NCBI GenBank assembly: GCA_025786725.1 | Contig: JAHLTZ010000019.1 | Location: 62,001-126,000, forward strand | Direction of reading: 5' to 3' | DNA from: Syncephalis fuscata S228 | Taxonomy: Eukaryota; Fungi; Zoopagomycota | Length of the DNA: 64,000 bases | Part shown: positions 40,821-55,377 of the stretch, in pieces | Layout: each line of letters starts with the position of its first letter | Numbering within the stretch: position 1 is the first letter of the stretch | Position numbers and translations under genes: made by a program | The notes under the pieces: model-generated | The model's input: the letters and a program-made list of their open reading frames with translations, nothing else | Told to the model about the DNA's origin: nothing | Databases searched by the model: none

Positions 40821-42708
40821 GTTAAGAGAAATAGCAATATTAAAATTGGTATGTTGAGAACAGTTTGTGCAATGCAGTGAAAATACGAACACTTGCTATG
40901 CAATAAAGACTGCAATAGGTATGCGTAAGAAGATATAGTAAAAATAGATAGATTATTGCTTTTTATTGAGTGAGAATAAAATATATATATCTATTTACAA
41001 GTAATTGTAGATATGGGCTGCTAATAAGATGTGTCATCAATGGTCACATTGTAGCGAAAGCATAGGCCTGATGCTATACATATTTTTCCTGTTTGAACAA
41101 CTTAACTTGCCTTGGCTTTTATCTGCCAATTTGCTTATTTTTTATATATTTTTAGCTCTTAAATTACATACCAACTATCGAACTAACAGTCACCGATACT
41201 CACTTGTAAAAAAACATTTATATAACTATCTTCGTATTATTTGAAGATACACCTGATATTTATGCAAAAGTATTTATTTACGAATTACTGAATGTGAAAA
41301 TTAGCAATTTATAATGCTAAATAGGATAATAACAATATATCAAATAACCTATAGACTAATTACATAAAAACGCAGCGGCTTATCATGAGAAATTAAGCGT
41401 AACTTTATTTTTTACACTTTATTATCAATTCCATCAAGTAATAAAAAAAAACGAAATTAACCCGCTTATATTCAAAAAGAACCTAATACTAATAAACTTT
41501 ATCATGTACCATTTTGTAATTACTGTTGCAAATTAATCCAATACAATCGCATATTTCACTCACGATTTGACGTTAGATTATTCTATTTAAACCTTAAAAC
41601 TATTTATTTTTTATTGCACTTCATGTCTATTAATATACTGCGTCAATAGCAATTAGCCGGACGTTGTTGAGCTATATAGTATTCACAATTACATCACAGC
41701 ATAGTCAATATTGTACATGATATTATTGTTAATGGTTTTAAACATGTTCATAACGTGTAATTAATTATAAGATATGTTCTTACACATTATAACAAATTGT
41801 ATACATTATTATTATATGACACATTGTTGATTAATATTTATTTCATGCCAAAACCTTTTGTGTAACACCCAGTAACCGGTATGAGCATTTATTGGTAAGG
41901 TACCGATTGTCCTAATATAACATTGTTTTACTCCTATTTTGAAGGATTTTGAATGCATAGCATTGAAGATTTTACACGATCTAAGCATTAAATATTTATT
42001 TACAATTTAATAGCCTATTTGATCTCTCTGTTTTAACTGATTCACATTGTTGTATTTATTAAACAAGATTATCAAAAGAACAGAAAACAATATAATTAAT
42101 AGTTAAGACACTAGATTATGGAGTGGGGCGTTGGAAGTTTGAGCAAATGTGTGATCGGGGTACATGAAAAAACGTTTCGTGTCGGATTAATGAAGTTCAG
42201 TGATAACTGGTAAGGACGCAATAAAGTAATATGAACAATATTATATTGCGCTTACTTGCCATTTAAAACATGTATTAAATGGCAATCGTATTTCAAAAAA
42301 AATAACAGAGTTGCACATGTTGTGATAATGCACTCCATACATATCAAACATTTCTGCCAGCACTCTTGAATACGTATCAATATCTAATTTGCAATTGAAA
42401 ACACTTGCTAAATGAGAGGATAGAAACCATTGAATGCTATTGTTTCTGTAGTATTGATAGGCCTTAAATTACTAGTTTTTGATACAACTACAACACCAGC
42501 TATGTAACATCAATAATAAAGCTTTATCGATCGAATTCTCATAAAAGGCGTCGCTTGTGCAAATGCAAACTAGGATTCTATATCCTTGCAACATTCCTCC
42601 AGCTCTTTGTTCCACTTTCTAACGTTCTTCTACACAACGGCCTGGTGCCTTGTTAAATCAATTAACCACTATTTTTTTACGTCCAAACACACTATCCAAT
42701 AACGAATC

Positions 42709-43713
42709 ATGATAAATCTAACGAAAATTGCCACTATGGCCATGCTTGGTCTTAGTGCACTACAAAACGTGGCTGGTCACATGAAATTATTTGCTCCCAT
42801 CCCTCGCGGTGATGCACGTATACAAAAACAATACTTTGGAATTGTCGACTACGATCTTCATGCACCATTGAACGACCGCAGATTCCTTGGCAAGTTTCCG
42901 TGCCGCCATCAAAGAAAAGGTCCGGTTATGGCCAAGTATACGGCTGGCAAGTCGTTCCCTGTAATGTTTAAGACCGGTAACTCGCACCGAGGTGGACATT
43001 GTCAGTTTGCAATTTCCTATGACAATGGTCAAAACTGGGTGGTGCTTAAAACTATCATTGACTTATGCTTTTTGGACAAAGCCCCATGGGTCTACAATAT
43101 TCCATTGCCTAAGGGGGCCAAGAACGGAGAAGCAATATTTGCCTGGACTTGGATGAACGCCGAAGGCAACCGTGAATACTATATGAACTGTGTTGACATT
43201 CAAATCAACGGTGGCAGTAACACAGGCAGTCTTACCGGTCCCGAATTGTTCGTTGGTCAGTTGCCTGGCAGGCCAAGAATTCCTGAATGGGCCAATACTG
43301 ATGCTAAGAAAGACGGTAAAGAATACTTTTTCAATCGCAAGATTGTTACTATTCCGTCTGGAGCCCAGCCTACTCGTGAAGGTACGGTAGTTGGTGAAGG
43401 AGGTAATGGCAGAAAGCCCGTCAATATGCCACCAGTCAAGCTTCCGTGGAATCGCTTCCACAACGATGATGCCGCCCATCAGGATGATAGAATTAAAACG
43501 GTATTTATTGCAACAAATGACAATCCAGGCATTGGTGTTAAAGGCAACAGTGAAGCAAACCATCCATATGTGAAAGGTGATTCTTCTGAAGTTCCACCTA
43601 CTAAAGACACTGGTTCCAACACTTCCAAGTCTCTGGTAAGGAAGAAAAATCAGACAAAGAAAGTCGAAGAAAAGAAAGAAGGTTATGAAATGCCAGGAGG
43701 TTTACGAAGATGA
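42709..43713 (+). CDS. Secreted lytic polysaccharide monooxygenase, AA11-like (chitin-active family)
   Basis: Signal peptide ending VAG exposes His1 (HMKLFAPIPR). FPC, HRGGHCQFAISYD, FAWTWMNAEGNREYYMNC motifs. Confidence 0.88.
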   Translation: MINLTKIATMAMLGLSALQNVAGHMKLFAPIPRGDARIQKQYFGIVDYDLHAPLNDRRFLGKFPCRHQRKGPVMAKYTAGKSFPVMFKTGNSHRGGHCQFAISYDNGQNWVVLKTIIDLCFLDKAPWVYNIPLPKGAKNGEAIFAWTWMNAEGNREYYMNCVDIQINGGSNTGSLTGPELFVGQLPGRPRIPEWANTDAKKDGKEYFFNRKIVTIPSGAQPTREGTVVGEGGNGRKPVNMPPVKLPWNRFHNDDAAHQDDRIKTVFIATNDNPGIGVKGNSEANHPYVKGDSSEVPPTKDTGSNTSKSLVRKKNQTKKVEEKKEGYEMPGGLRR

Positions 43714-44301
43714 ATGAAATATTACAGCTATTTATTTGCACAACGCTTAGTTGTAACAGCAGATTGTAGTTGATAATAACGTACTGAAATGAAAAATAAA
43801 TAAACGACAGTCTTGTGCTGGCACTTGACATTTTCTACAAAAAAGTGCAGCAATTAATATTAAATCTTGTGTCTTAAGCTGTGTTACCAATTATGTTTGC
43901 TGTGTTGGTAAGAAAAAATTGTGCGATCACTGCCACTAATATGTACTTAAAGTTTTGTTATTATGCTCACCATACTAATAATTTATAATCCGTCTAATAT
44001 TTATTATTAGGCGAAAAAGGCTATAAAAGATATAATCAACAGCTATTGTTTATTATATATATCATGTGTGGTAATAACACACGTTAAAAACAAATTAGTA
44101 TACATCATTCAAGTTTTACTATTAGTCATATTTGCTATAAAATGATAGTTTTACTTAATATCAATAAACATCAATAGGCTTAATCTTATTTTACTTTTTT
44201 AGCTTCATCTCTCGTTTACTATAAACTATTACAATTCAAATATAACAAATAGAATAAATTTATTATTAATACTAATAAGTTACCATGTTATATTTTGAGC
44301 G

Positions 44302-44824
44302 TTAAAGAAAGTATTTGCAAACATCAAATACTGAAACTATGAGATAATGCCAGGGTAAATTGCAGCTTGGCCATTTAAGATTCATATCCAAACACAAAAG
44401 TATAAAGCTAAAGCTATCGTATTGTTGACGTTGATAATAAGCATAGAACCATCGAATAGAACCAAGATTACAAACAAGCGGCAAATAATTAATATGTGGA
44501 ACATCATAGGGATTTTTATCAACATTGATAATAGTAGATGATAATAAATGTTTTTGGTTTGCCTGATTTACATTGTATGTAGACTCTTTTAATTTTAACA
44601 TTGATATGCCAGTTATACCATTTAAGTCATTCTTGTTTCGTCGATCACCTAGTGGAAATGTTTTCTATATTGTCGTTCCCAATAATCAGGTCGGTTAACT
44701 ATAGTCTGGTAGATAAATCGACAGCTGGGGCAAAGAGTACCAGTTCTTGAACTTCCATAAAGTAATACAAGTACAGTAAACATGCTGCTTGCCATATGCG
44801 GTGACTATTGGCACTCAAAGTCAT
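44302..44824 (-). pseudogene. Truncated paralogue of the 38812-40820 F-box pseudogene
   Basis: 44597-44830 closely matches 40590-40826. W-to-TGA substitution near 44628, extra indels, WFYAYYQRQQ family motif; homology lost below about 44300. Confidence 0.75.
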
Positions 44825-45553
44825 GATTAGCGAGAAATAGCTACATTAAAATTGATACGTGATAGGCAGTATGAACGGTAATAGGTGGAAAGAAAAAGAA
44901 GAAAGTGAGCACGATTATGGACTGTTTTATTTTATTCATAGCATAATGTTACACGATTGCGTATGTCATTCAAATGCAATGGATAATAAATGTATACAAG
45001 TGAAATTGTAGTTACTTTTTTGTATACTTTAAACCATTTCATAGCTAAAATTTATTTGTAGTAATTGTATTGTTTGTAAGTTGAAAATTATATAAATTGA
45101 AAATTAATTATATACTCGTCGCGCATTAGTTGTAGTTACTTTTAATAGAAAATACTATGTTCATCATTAAATCAATCTGGGGGTGGAAATATCAAATTGA
45201 GTGAATTTACCTGACCATCTCAAATCAGTCTAATCATCACAGAAAATGCAAGTTCTTCCTCGTAAAGACTTAGATATCTACGGTATGTTGTATAGAATGT
45301 GAATGTTTATCCATTCTTTTGGCGTATTGTATTTGGTTCCAGCTAACAGCTTGTAATTACAAAAACATTAGACATTAAATACTGATAATCACGTATTACT
45401 TTTGCAAAATATTCCTATTTTATTTGCTCATTCAACACGTAAGTCTTGTAGAAATACCGTTCTTTCCCTTGTTTATACATATTAACAAAAAAACGGTAAC
45501 GGCCACGTCATAGCGTAGCAGTAATTGGCTTATAAACGCACTTGCAGCTCATC

Positions 45554-46722
45554 ATGTTTGGCTGGTGGCAGCACCTCATAGCGTCTTCTTGTTCCGCAAT
45601 TATATCCCGTTTTCTAACACATCCACGTAAGCGGATAAATGCAAGCTAACAGCCAACTGACAACTATGTATTGGCTTTATAGTAGACACGCTTCGAGTGC
45701 GAATACAATCATCACAAGCACACAATACCCAAGCACATAAGCATGATAGTGGATGGCAACAGTTTAAGCAGAGTTTGCATGGCGTAACATTAGCAAATCT
45801 TTACAACGGTCTTGCTGTAGCGTTGTCGTTTTCTGCACCTGCTTTTGTTCTTTATCAAGGCACATATGACGGCGTTAAATGGTTATTAGTTGATGCACTG
45901 CATCTGCTAACCTACGATGCTTTCATTTGTCATATTCTAGGGGCCTGTGCCGCTGAAATTACCTCAAATCTTATCTGGACACCAATGGAATTGATAAAAA
46001 GTCGTATGCAAGCAGTTAAAGATAAAAATGAAAACACTTTGACTGAGAATATTCCATTCACTCTTCTAGTCACTGATCCTGAAGTGATGTACGATAGTAA
46101 CGAGGGACAGCAATTGCCAGAAGAAGCACCAGAGGAGCGACTATTGCAGCATGGGATAACCATGAACAGCCTGAGCATAATAGTCTGGGCTGGAGGGATG
46201 CTTGTCGTTTAGCTTATTCAATCTGGAAGACAAATGGCATGCTTGGCTTTCTACGTGGCTACTGGCTTGGTGTCTTTATCTACGCGCCCTATTCGTGTAT
46301 CTATTTTGTTATTTATGAACGCATCAAGCCAGCTTGTTTCTTCTAACAGACGAGTCAAATGGTGTAATCATCAATGATACAACGCACTATCCAGTCTGGG
46401 TGTATCTTGCTGGGTCTGCAATCTCTGTGCAGTTGGAGCTGCGTTGACCAACCCACTCGACGTTGTACGCACGCGATGGCAAGTGTCGCATACTAATGAC
46501 CGTGCCGTCTCTAGCGCTAATGACTGGCTTAGCGTCGCCATCCACCTTTGGCGGTATGAAGGGCGTTGGCGTGCATTTACGCGAGGTGTATGGGCTCGAG
46601 TGCTGGCCATGGTACCTGGTGCCGTTATAGGATGGACTATTTTCGAAATGTTCCGTGTTTATTACACAACTCCAGAAGTCGCTACAATTAAAATAGTATC
46701 TGCAGCGATTGCACTCAGATAA
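45554..46722 (+). CDS. Mitochondrial carrier (SLC25 family), one intron, three apparent 1-nt deletions
   Basis: Three Px[DE]xx[KR]x[KR] signatures: PLDTLRVR, PMELIKSR, PLDVVRTR. Also GMLGFLRGY and EGRWRAFTRG. Confidence 0.85.
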
Positions 46723-47495
46723 ATTAGACAAATGGCTACATTGTTTATTAATAGCTAATAAATAGTATATATATTTATATTAAAAATGTCGTCGTAAGCT
46801 TATAAACAATATAGATTTAGATAATAACAAAAGTATATGAATTATCATGCCTAAATATAGTGACTCGACGATAAATAGAATGCATCTTGTAATATATTAA
46901 TAATTACAAGAAAAAGCCTTAATAGTAAAAGAATAATATCTACAATATACTATATTATATTACTAAGCAGCAAGTAAAGTATTAATAAATATTTGAATTA
47001 TTTTGTATAATTAATCCATCTTAATGAGTATTTATTTATTTTTAATATTGGTTATAAAATAGGTCAATACAAAAGCTTATTGAAATTTAACAAACAATAA
47101 TGCATTGTTAGTAATATTACCATATATTTCAAAATACCAGCCATTATCATAAATATTGACTAGTAAACAAACAGTCTATTTACTTTATAATAACTTTGAA
47201 CTGTCTTTAAAAGCAATTTGTAAGCAACAATGTTTTATAGTTCAATTCATTAGAATATATATGACACTGCCGCTACTCAGCAACATAAGCGTGACCAATT
47301 CTAGTTCCATCAATTTCACATCAAGTAACTCCGCGCATTATCGTATATTTTCTCGAGACGGTTTTTCCTAACAACGAGTGAATTTGGATCAACATCGGTG
47401 TTATCTCTTTATCCATTTCATCAATCTTTTCCTTTGCTGCCACAGCAGTAATATAGTGTCATCTTTTATTTTATCTCTACTTTAAACCAAACACT

Positions 47496-48680
47496 ATGGT
47501 CGCTTTTACTGCTGATAACGTGCAGCCTGGTAGCACTGTTCTGCTCGTTGGCAATACATTTGTCGACACGGCTGATCTTGAACAAACCCATATTCAGCTG
47601 ACTAACCTGGTCACCGAGTCGGGTAAAGTCAAGTTTGAACAAATAGATCGCTTGGCTGAAGGTATGTTCAAGTCGATAACAGTACCAATTGTAAGGAATT
47701 AACCGTTTGTCGTATATTATAGTGGAATTGCCTGCATCAACGGTCAATGTAGCACTTTCAGGTGTACTAGATCCACCGGCTGTTGAACATTCTCGTTCAA
47801 CGCTAGTCAAGCTATTTGGTTCACTATCTCCAGATGGTATGCTAAGACTACGTGAAGTTGTTCTTAATACAGCTGGTGGGCCTGCATCATCGACCGATCA
47901 TATTAAACGCACAGAGGAAGAGTTAGCATCAGCACTAAGATTGGCAGGCTATATTGATGTTACAGTTGTATCAAAAACACCTGTATCTTCTACACTTCTT
48001 CATAATTTATCGAGTCGTTGCTGGTCTGGAGCAACTATGCCAGCCGAACGACTAACGGTTATTGAAGTTACCGCTAAACGACCAGCCTATGCCGTGGGCG
48101 CCCAAGCAAGTCTTTCATTTGCTCGCAAGACAGCTAATGCCACTGAAGACCAAGCGAAAAAGGTCTCCACTTGGAAGATGCTCGCCAATAATGACGAAGA
48201 AGAAAACGGTGATATTGAAGACGATGACGCACTACTTGACGATGATGATCGATCGAAACCATCAGCCGATTCACTTGCTCGTAAGTTATAATACATGATA
48301 ATGATCATAATGATTTATAGACTAATTATATTTATTTATATATATTATTTATGTAATATTAATTAGGCCCAGATGGATGTGGTCCTAAGAAGAAGGCCTG
48401 TAAGAATTGCTCGTGTGGCTTAGCAGAAATCGAAGCAGAAGAAGAAAGGACCGGTTTAGCTCAAGCAGCACCAGCACAGCCACTTACTTCTTCTTGCGGC
48501 AGTGTAAGTTAATATAAACTAGTATTATTATTTTATTATTAATCATTCTACTCTCTTCAATATCAGTGTTATCTAGGTGATGCCTTCCGTTGTAGTAGCT
48601 GCCCATATCTTGGTATGCCAGCGTTTAAACCCGGACAAAAAGTACAATTGGTCGGCAATATGATGGAGGACGACATTTAA
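47496..48680 (+). CDS. DRE2: Anamorsin / Dre2, cytosolic Fe-S assembly factor
   Basis: C-terminal [17 protein letters not shown] and [28 protein letters not shown]. Confidence 0.95.
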
Positions 48681-48849
48681 AACAAGATCATACTGGATTT
48701 CTACGAAAATTTCTTCATTTTGTTCATTAAAAGTTTTCATTAAATAAATACACGGCCATTTTACACATTATTTTTACTATCAATCCATCGTATGGTATTT
48801 ATTGAATCCTATCTTATAAAAACAACCATCATCATCATCATCATCACCA

Positions 48850-51717
48850 TTATAGATCCATATCCATGGCACCTTCTCCATCTACTAATGATGCAGTTGT
48901 TGTTGTTGTTGCTGTTACTGGCAAGTGACTTGATGTGTCACGCCATAGTTCGGTATTCCACTTGGGGAAGATACGCTTGTAAAGATTCATCATCACTGTA
49001 TCTTGTTGTTTTAATGGACCGTCAAACGTACATTTCATGTAACCGTGCGTGCCCAATGATTCCTTAATATGTCCTTGACGACCGTGTTTGTATGGAGCTG
49101 AATGGGCTTAAACCATAATACATCCTCTATTTAATTATTAATAATATATAACCATTAGTAAATAAATAAATAGCGTAATTTACTTTAATCAATTTACCTG
49201 GTTGGAAGAACATGTATCTGACAACAGCCGATTTCTTATTCACCTTAACTGGATGACCAGATAGAATAATACGTTTAGCAACAATACGATTTGGCTCAGC
49301 ATTCATGAATGTACCAGTGGCCACTAGAATAGGTGCACCTATATACAAATAAATACATTAATACCACCATTGATACTAATACTATTAATACTTACTATTG
49401 GCATCACCACTTTCCTTATATAATGAAATAGGCATTTGACCAAATTGAATTGGCGCAAATACAGTGGCTACACTTGTTTTATCAAGACGAAGAAATCGCT
49501 CGTATTTATGCACTTGATTCGTTCCTTTACCGCCTCGTGTATTCTGTGAATAGAGTGGCTGGACACGGAATCGGCGGAATCCACAGTGAAGAATAAGCGG
49601 ATCCTTTGATCGAATAGGCTCGGTGTAGTCTGCATCGCGTGTCACTGTAAAGTGAATAACCGACATCTTATTCTCGTGTTGCATAAGACCGAATACAATC
49701 CATGGTCGAGCAGTTGTAGTGATCGCTTCGGCTGCTTCATTGGCTGCTTCGATCGGCACATTAGATAACACGAGTGTAATACGTGTACCGGGTTGAACAC
49801 CTTGTGTATAGACATCAGAGGTGACGCGGTGGCGTGTACGGCGATAGTCAGAGAATCGATAAATACGACCATAATCCAGTGGTAGATTCTCATATGGATC
49901 CCAGTAAGAACGACGGAAGTTCTGCAGACCACGATACCGTTGGAATCGTGTACGGGCTGCCACATTTAATGGTGTGTCCACTTCATCAGGAAAGTCCATT
50001 TCAGTTTGGAATTCACGTTGGCGTTTTAAATACTCTTTCAATTGTCGATCTTCTTCTTCAGGATCCAAATCTTCAAATGTTACTTCATTACCACGATTTT
50101 CAAGCGATACTTGTTCATATTCTTCACCATGTTGTCCATCTACCTCGTCATCATCTTCTTCAATGTTGGCCATCGTTCCATTACCGTTTAATTCGTGTTC
50201 TTCTCCTTCAATATCATCCATGCCTTCCATGGAAGCGTCATCTTCATCCGAGTCGTCAATATCTTCATAGTCTTCAGAGTCACTGCCATCTTTATTCTCA
50301 TCGTCTGAATCAATAATCCATGCTGCTTGGTAGGCTGAAGTACCCTTAGGAACACGCTTCTGTTTACCATCTTCTGTTGGACCATTGCCCGATGTCTGTT
50401 TCATAGATTTGATACGGTCTTCAGCTTCTTGTAGCTCTTCTTCTGTAGGCCATGTTTGTTCGTTGGCCATTAGATCTGGATCATTTTCTGATTGCAAAGA
50501 TTCACGCTTTTCAGAATCTGGCTGCTCCAAAACCATAACTTCGCCTTGTGCATCCATGGCCGATTCATTAGCGGCTGTAGTTGATGGAGTAATAGGACAG
50601 GATAGAATCTGTTCAATCTGGAAATTGCCATAGTTTTGCAGGTGAACAAGTCGATTAGCACTAAAACGAGCACCACGAGCATATCCAGTAACACAGAGTG
50701 AACCAATGGATGAATTATCCGTATTTGGCTTAAAATCAACTTTGTCGGCCAGTAAATAAGGATGTGTTTCACGCCATTTAACTGGCTTTGGTAACTGTCC
50801 AGTCAATCCACGAATGATTACTTGAGCTTCAGTATCAGTATCAACTGATAGAATACGATCTTGATCGGGGAAGAAATAGCTTATAAACGAAGTAAGTGAT
50901 TTTTTTACATCATTTCTCTTTTTCACCGGGACATTATTCAAATGCTATATAATAATTGTTGTTATAAATAGGTATATATATATATATTAATAACTTACTT
51001 GAACTACATTAATCACACTGGGTACACCTTGTGATTGAATGGATCGAAGACAGAGTTCACCAAACTTGTCCACTTCTTCTTCTGCCGATAAAAGAAAGAC
51101 GCAAAAGTCGGCTACTTTAGCTGCATCTAATACATCAATAAAGTTGCGCTGTGGTAGTAATAGTTGCAGTGTTTGTCTTTGACGTTCTGAGGTCAAATAG
51201 ACAGAGCCACGTAGTGCATCGTCAGTAGGAGGTGTTAAACTCTCACATCGATATAATTGTCGAATAAACTGAGGTACATCATTATCTTGACACAGTGGAA
51301 TAATCGCCTATCATATAAATTGTATTATTATTATTATAATTAACAACTATTTAATATTGTATTCAATATAGCGTTACTACTTACCACAATCTTTGGCACA
51401 CCATGACGTCCGGTAAATAGACGAGTGAGCGCTACAAGCGACTCACGCTTCTTTTTCTGGTCTACTTTTGCGGCATTACGTCTATCTATACGACTCTGTT
51501 TACGCATTGTCGCACCCTTGACAGATTGACGCTGTACTCGACCTATAAACAAGTGGTATATAAAAGTAATAAACAATCTGGTCTAACAATCGAATCTATA
51601 CCGTCGACTTACCCTTGGCCTGGTCACGTAGCTGTCCTTTGAAGCATAGCGCGACTTGAACGGCTTATTGGCCTGCTTCAACGACGGCCTATGATGAAAT
51701 GGCTTGTCATTAACCAT
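48850..51717 (-). CDS. TSR1: Pre-40S ribosome biogenesis factor Tsr1
   Basis: [75 protein letters not shown]. Confidence 0.95.
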
Positions 51718-51855
51718 AGTGAACAGCGGCAATCAACGACAATGAAGAGTAGGGAAAGTGTTAAAAAACCGCAAAAAGTCCACAATGTTTATCAAATGAA
51801 TTAAGAAAAAAAAGAAAAAATCTTGCTTTCATTTTTCTCTCTCTTTGAATTGATC
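51718..51855. promoter_or_regulatory. 138-bp bidirectional promoter between TSR1 and KRR1 with an A-tract motif
   Basis: Head-to-head ATGs at 51717 and 51856. TTAAGAAAAAAAAGAAAAAAT at 51801-51821. Confidence 0.7.
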
Positions 51856-53545
<1,690 letters not shown>

Positions 53546-55377
53546 TCCAATAAAGTACTTTTACGTCGTAAATATACTATCAATATTGTGTATTCGTGCA
53601 AATAATGTTTTAGTGTCAAAAAGAACAGTTCATTGTTCTTATTTCATTTAGAATAAAATGGTAAACTATTAACAAGTATATATAAACCTGAATAAATCTA
53701 CAAGATAGTTGCTAGTACTATCAATACTTGCTTATTTTTTAATGAATTATTATAAAATAAATACTAAAGATTGTAATTGCCATATCGAATTGATAAGCGT
53801 AAGGACAGCTCATAAAACAAGAGCAATATTATTCAAATAGTGGCAAGATAACATGCGTTTATCATGAATAAAATAATACCAAATGCATAAAGTCACGTGT
53901 TAATGCCATTAGTAATTAATTGCTATTGCCATATTTGGGCATGGTAATAAACAACTATACTCTGGATGTCCCTCACTACTAGATAGTGACACCGTGTTGT
54001 ATCGGAGTAGTGTTTATTCGAAGATAAATGGAGTATTCGACGTTTCACAGCAATACATTCCATACCAAATCAAGACAGCTTAATGAGCGGTGAAGCATTT
54101 ATCCCCCCTCCTCCTACCTTACCATTGTTATTGTTTTGTTTCTCTTTCCCTAGCAAATATAGGAGGCTATCGTGCCATGCATGTTTCAATATTATCCCAT
54201 GTAATGGTTGGCAATTTAACCACCGTCAAACCAGCAATATTTCATTTGTAATACGAAATTAATAGTATATAGAATAAATTTACCAATCAGTGGCTTAATA
54301 AAGCTTTATAGAGCTCGTCAACATATGATAGCTATTACTATTAATAGTCATTGGAAGGATTAAAGTTTATTGTTACATGCATACTCGGTAAACCAATGCA
54401 CCTGAAGCAAATGTCGCAGGATTCCCTATGTCATTGTAATGATTCGCTATTTTTGCACCTGATTGATTATGGCGTATGCTACGCGTGTTTACATCGCTAA
54501 AAAAGTCTATGCACAATGTAAATGGAAATCAAACAATGCCAAACGTGGAGCACAGTATCACGTTCATGGTTTTTCCTCTCTTGTTTGAACACCTTTAGTA
54601 GCGCAGCCTTGAAACATTTAATTGCTCCGATGGAAAATTATAACCGTAAAGAAATAAATCTATATACTTTTTGTATCTGGAATAGCCAACCTTACGACAC
54701 ACAGCGTAGGCCTGCTCCTTTCTTTTTTTACGTTCTCTCTCTTTTTCTCTTGCTTGCTTTCTATTGCTCTGTCTTCCCCTTGACCCTGTCGTTTGACGCT
54801 GTCACTTTCTTTTATCTCAGTGCTTTATGTTCCGTTTTTCAACTTGGATGTTTGCAACATAACGTTTCTTTTTAACTCGTCCTTGTCACGTTCAATTCAT
54901 ACTATTCGCTTTCTACCCTATCAGCCATCATCCTTTATACACAGCCAGTATCATCGTTATTGGCAATAGCGACAAGGTTCTTTCACGTTATCTATACGAC
55001 ACGCTTCCTTAACCTCACCGATCAATCTTTTTATATTTGACATTAACAGTATTGATATACTGTTAGTCAGCTACTCGTCGTACAGTACTACCTTTTAAAG
55101 GTTACGCAACCCACCCACCCAGTTCACCTATCACCAAACCATTGCTTGTTGTTTCGTTTAACAAACAAACAATAGTGCTTTGGACGCACATCAATTAGCC
55201 ATTGGCTTTTCATAACGACAAATAGCATTTTAGAACATTCAACTTTTTTTGCGAAAAAGTATAGTAAATCTATTTGCTATTAACATCGATTGCCGTACTA
55301 TTATATCGTAGAACAAATCCAACACTTTATTATTATTATACTAAACTACTGTTATTACTACTATTATCACGATCAAC

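Noticed and set aside
45554-46722. Mitochondrial carrier as a pseudogene
   Set aside because: All three lesions are 1-nt deletions like those in essential genes here, and all three carrier signatures are intact.
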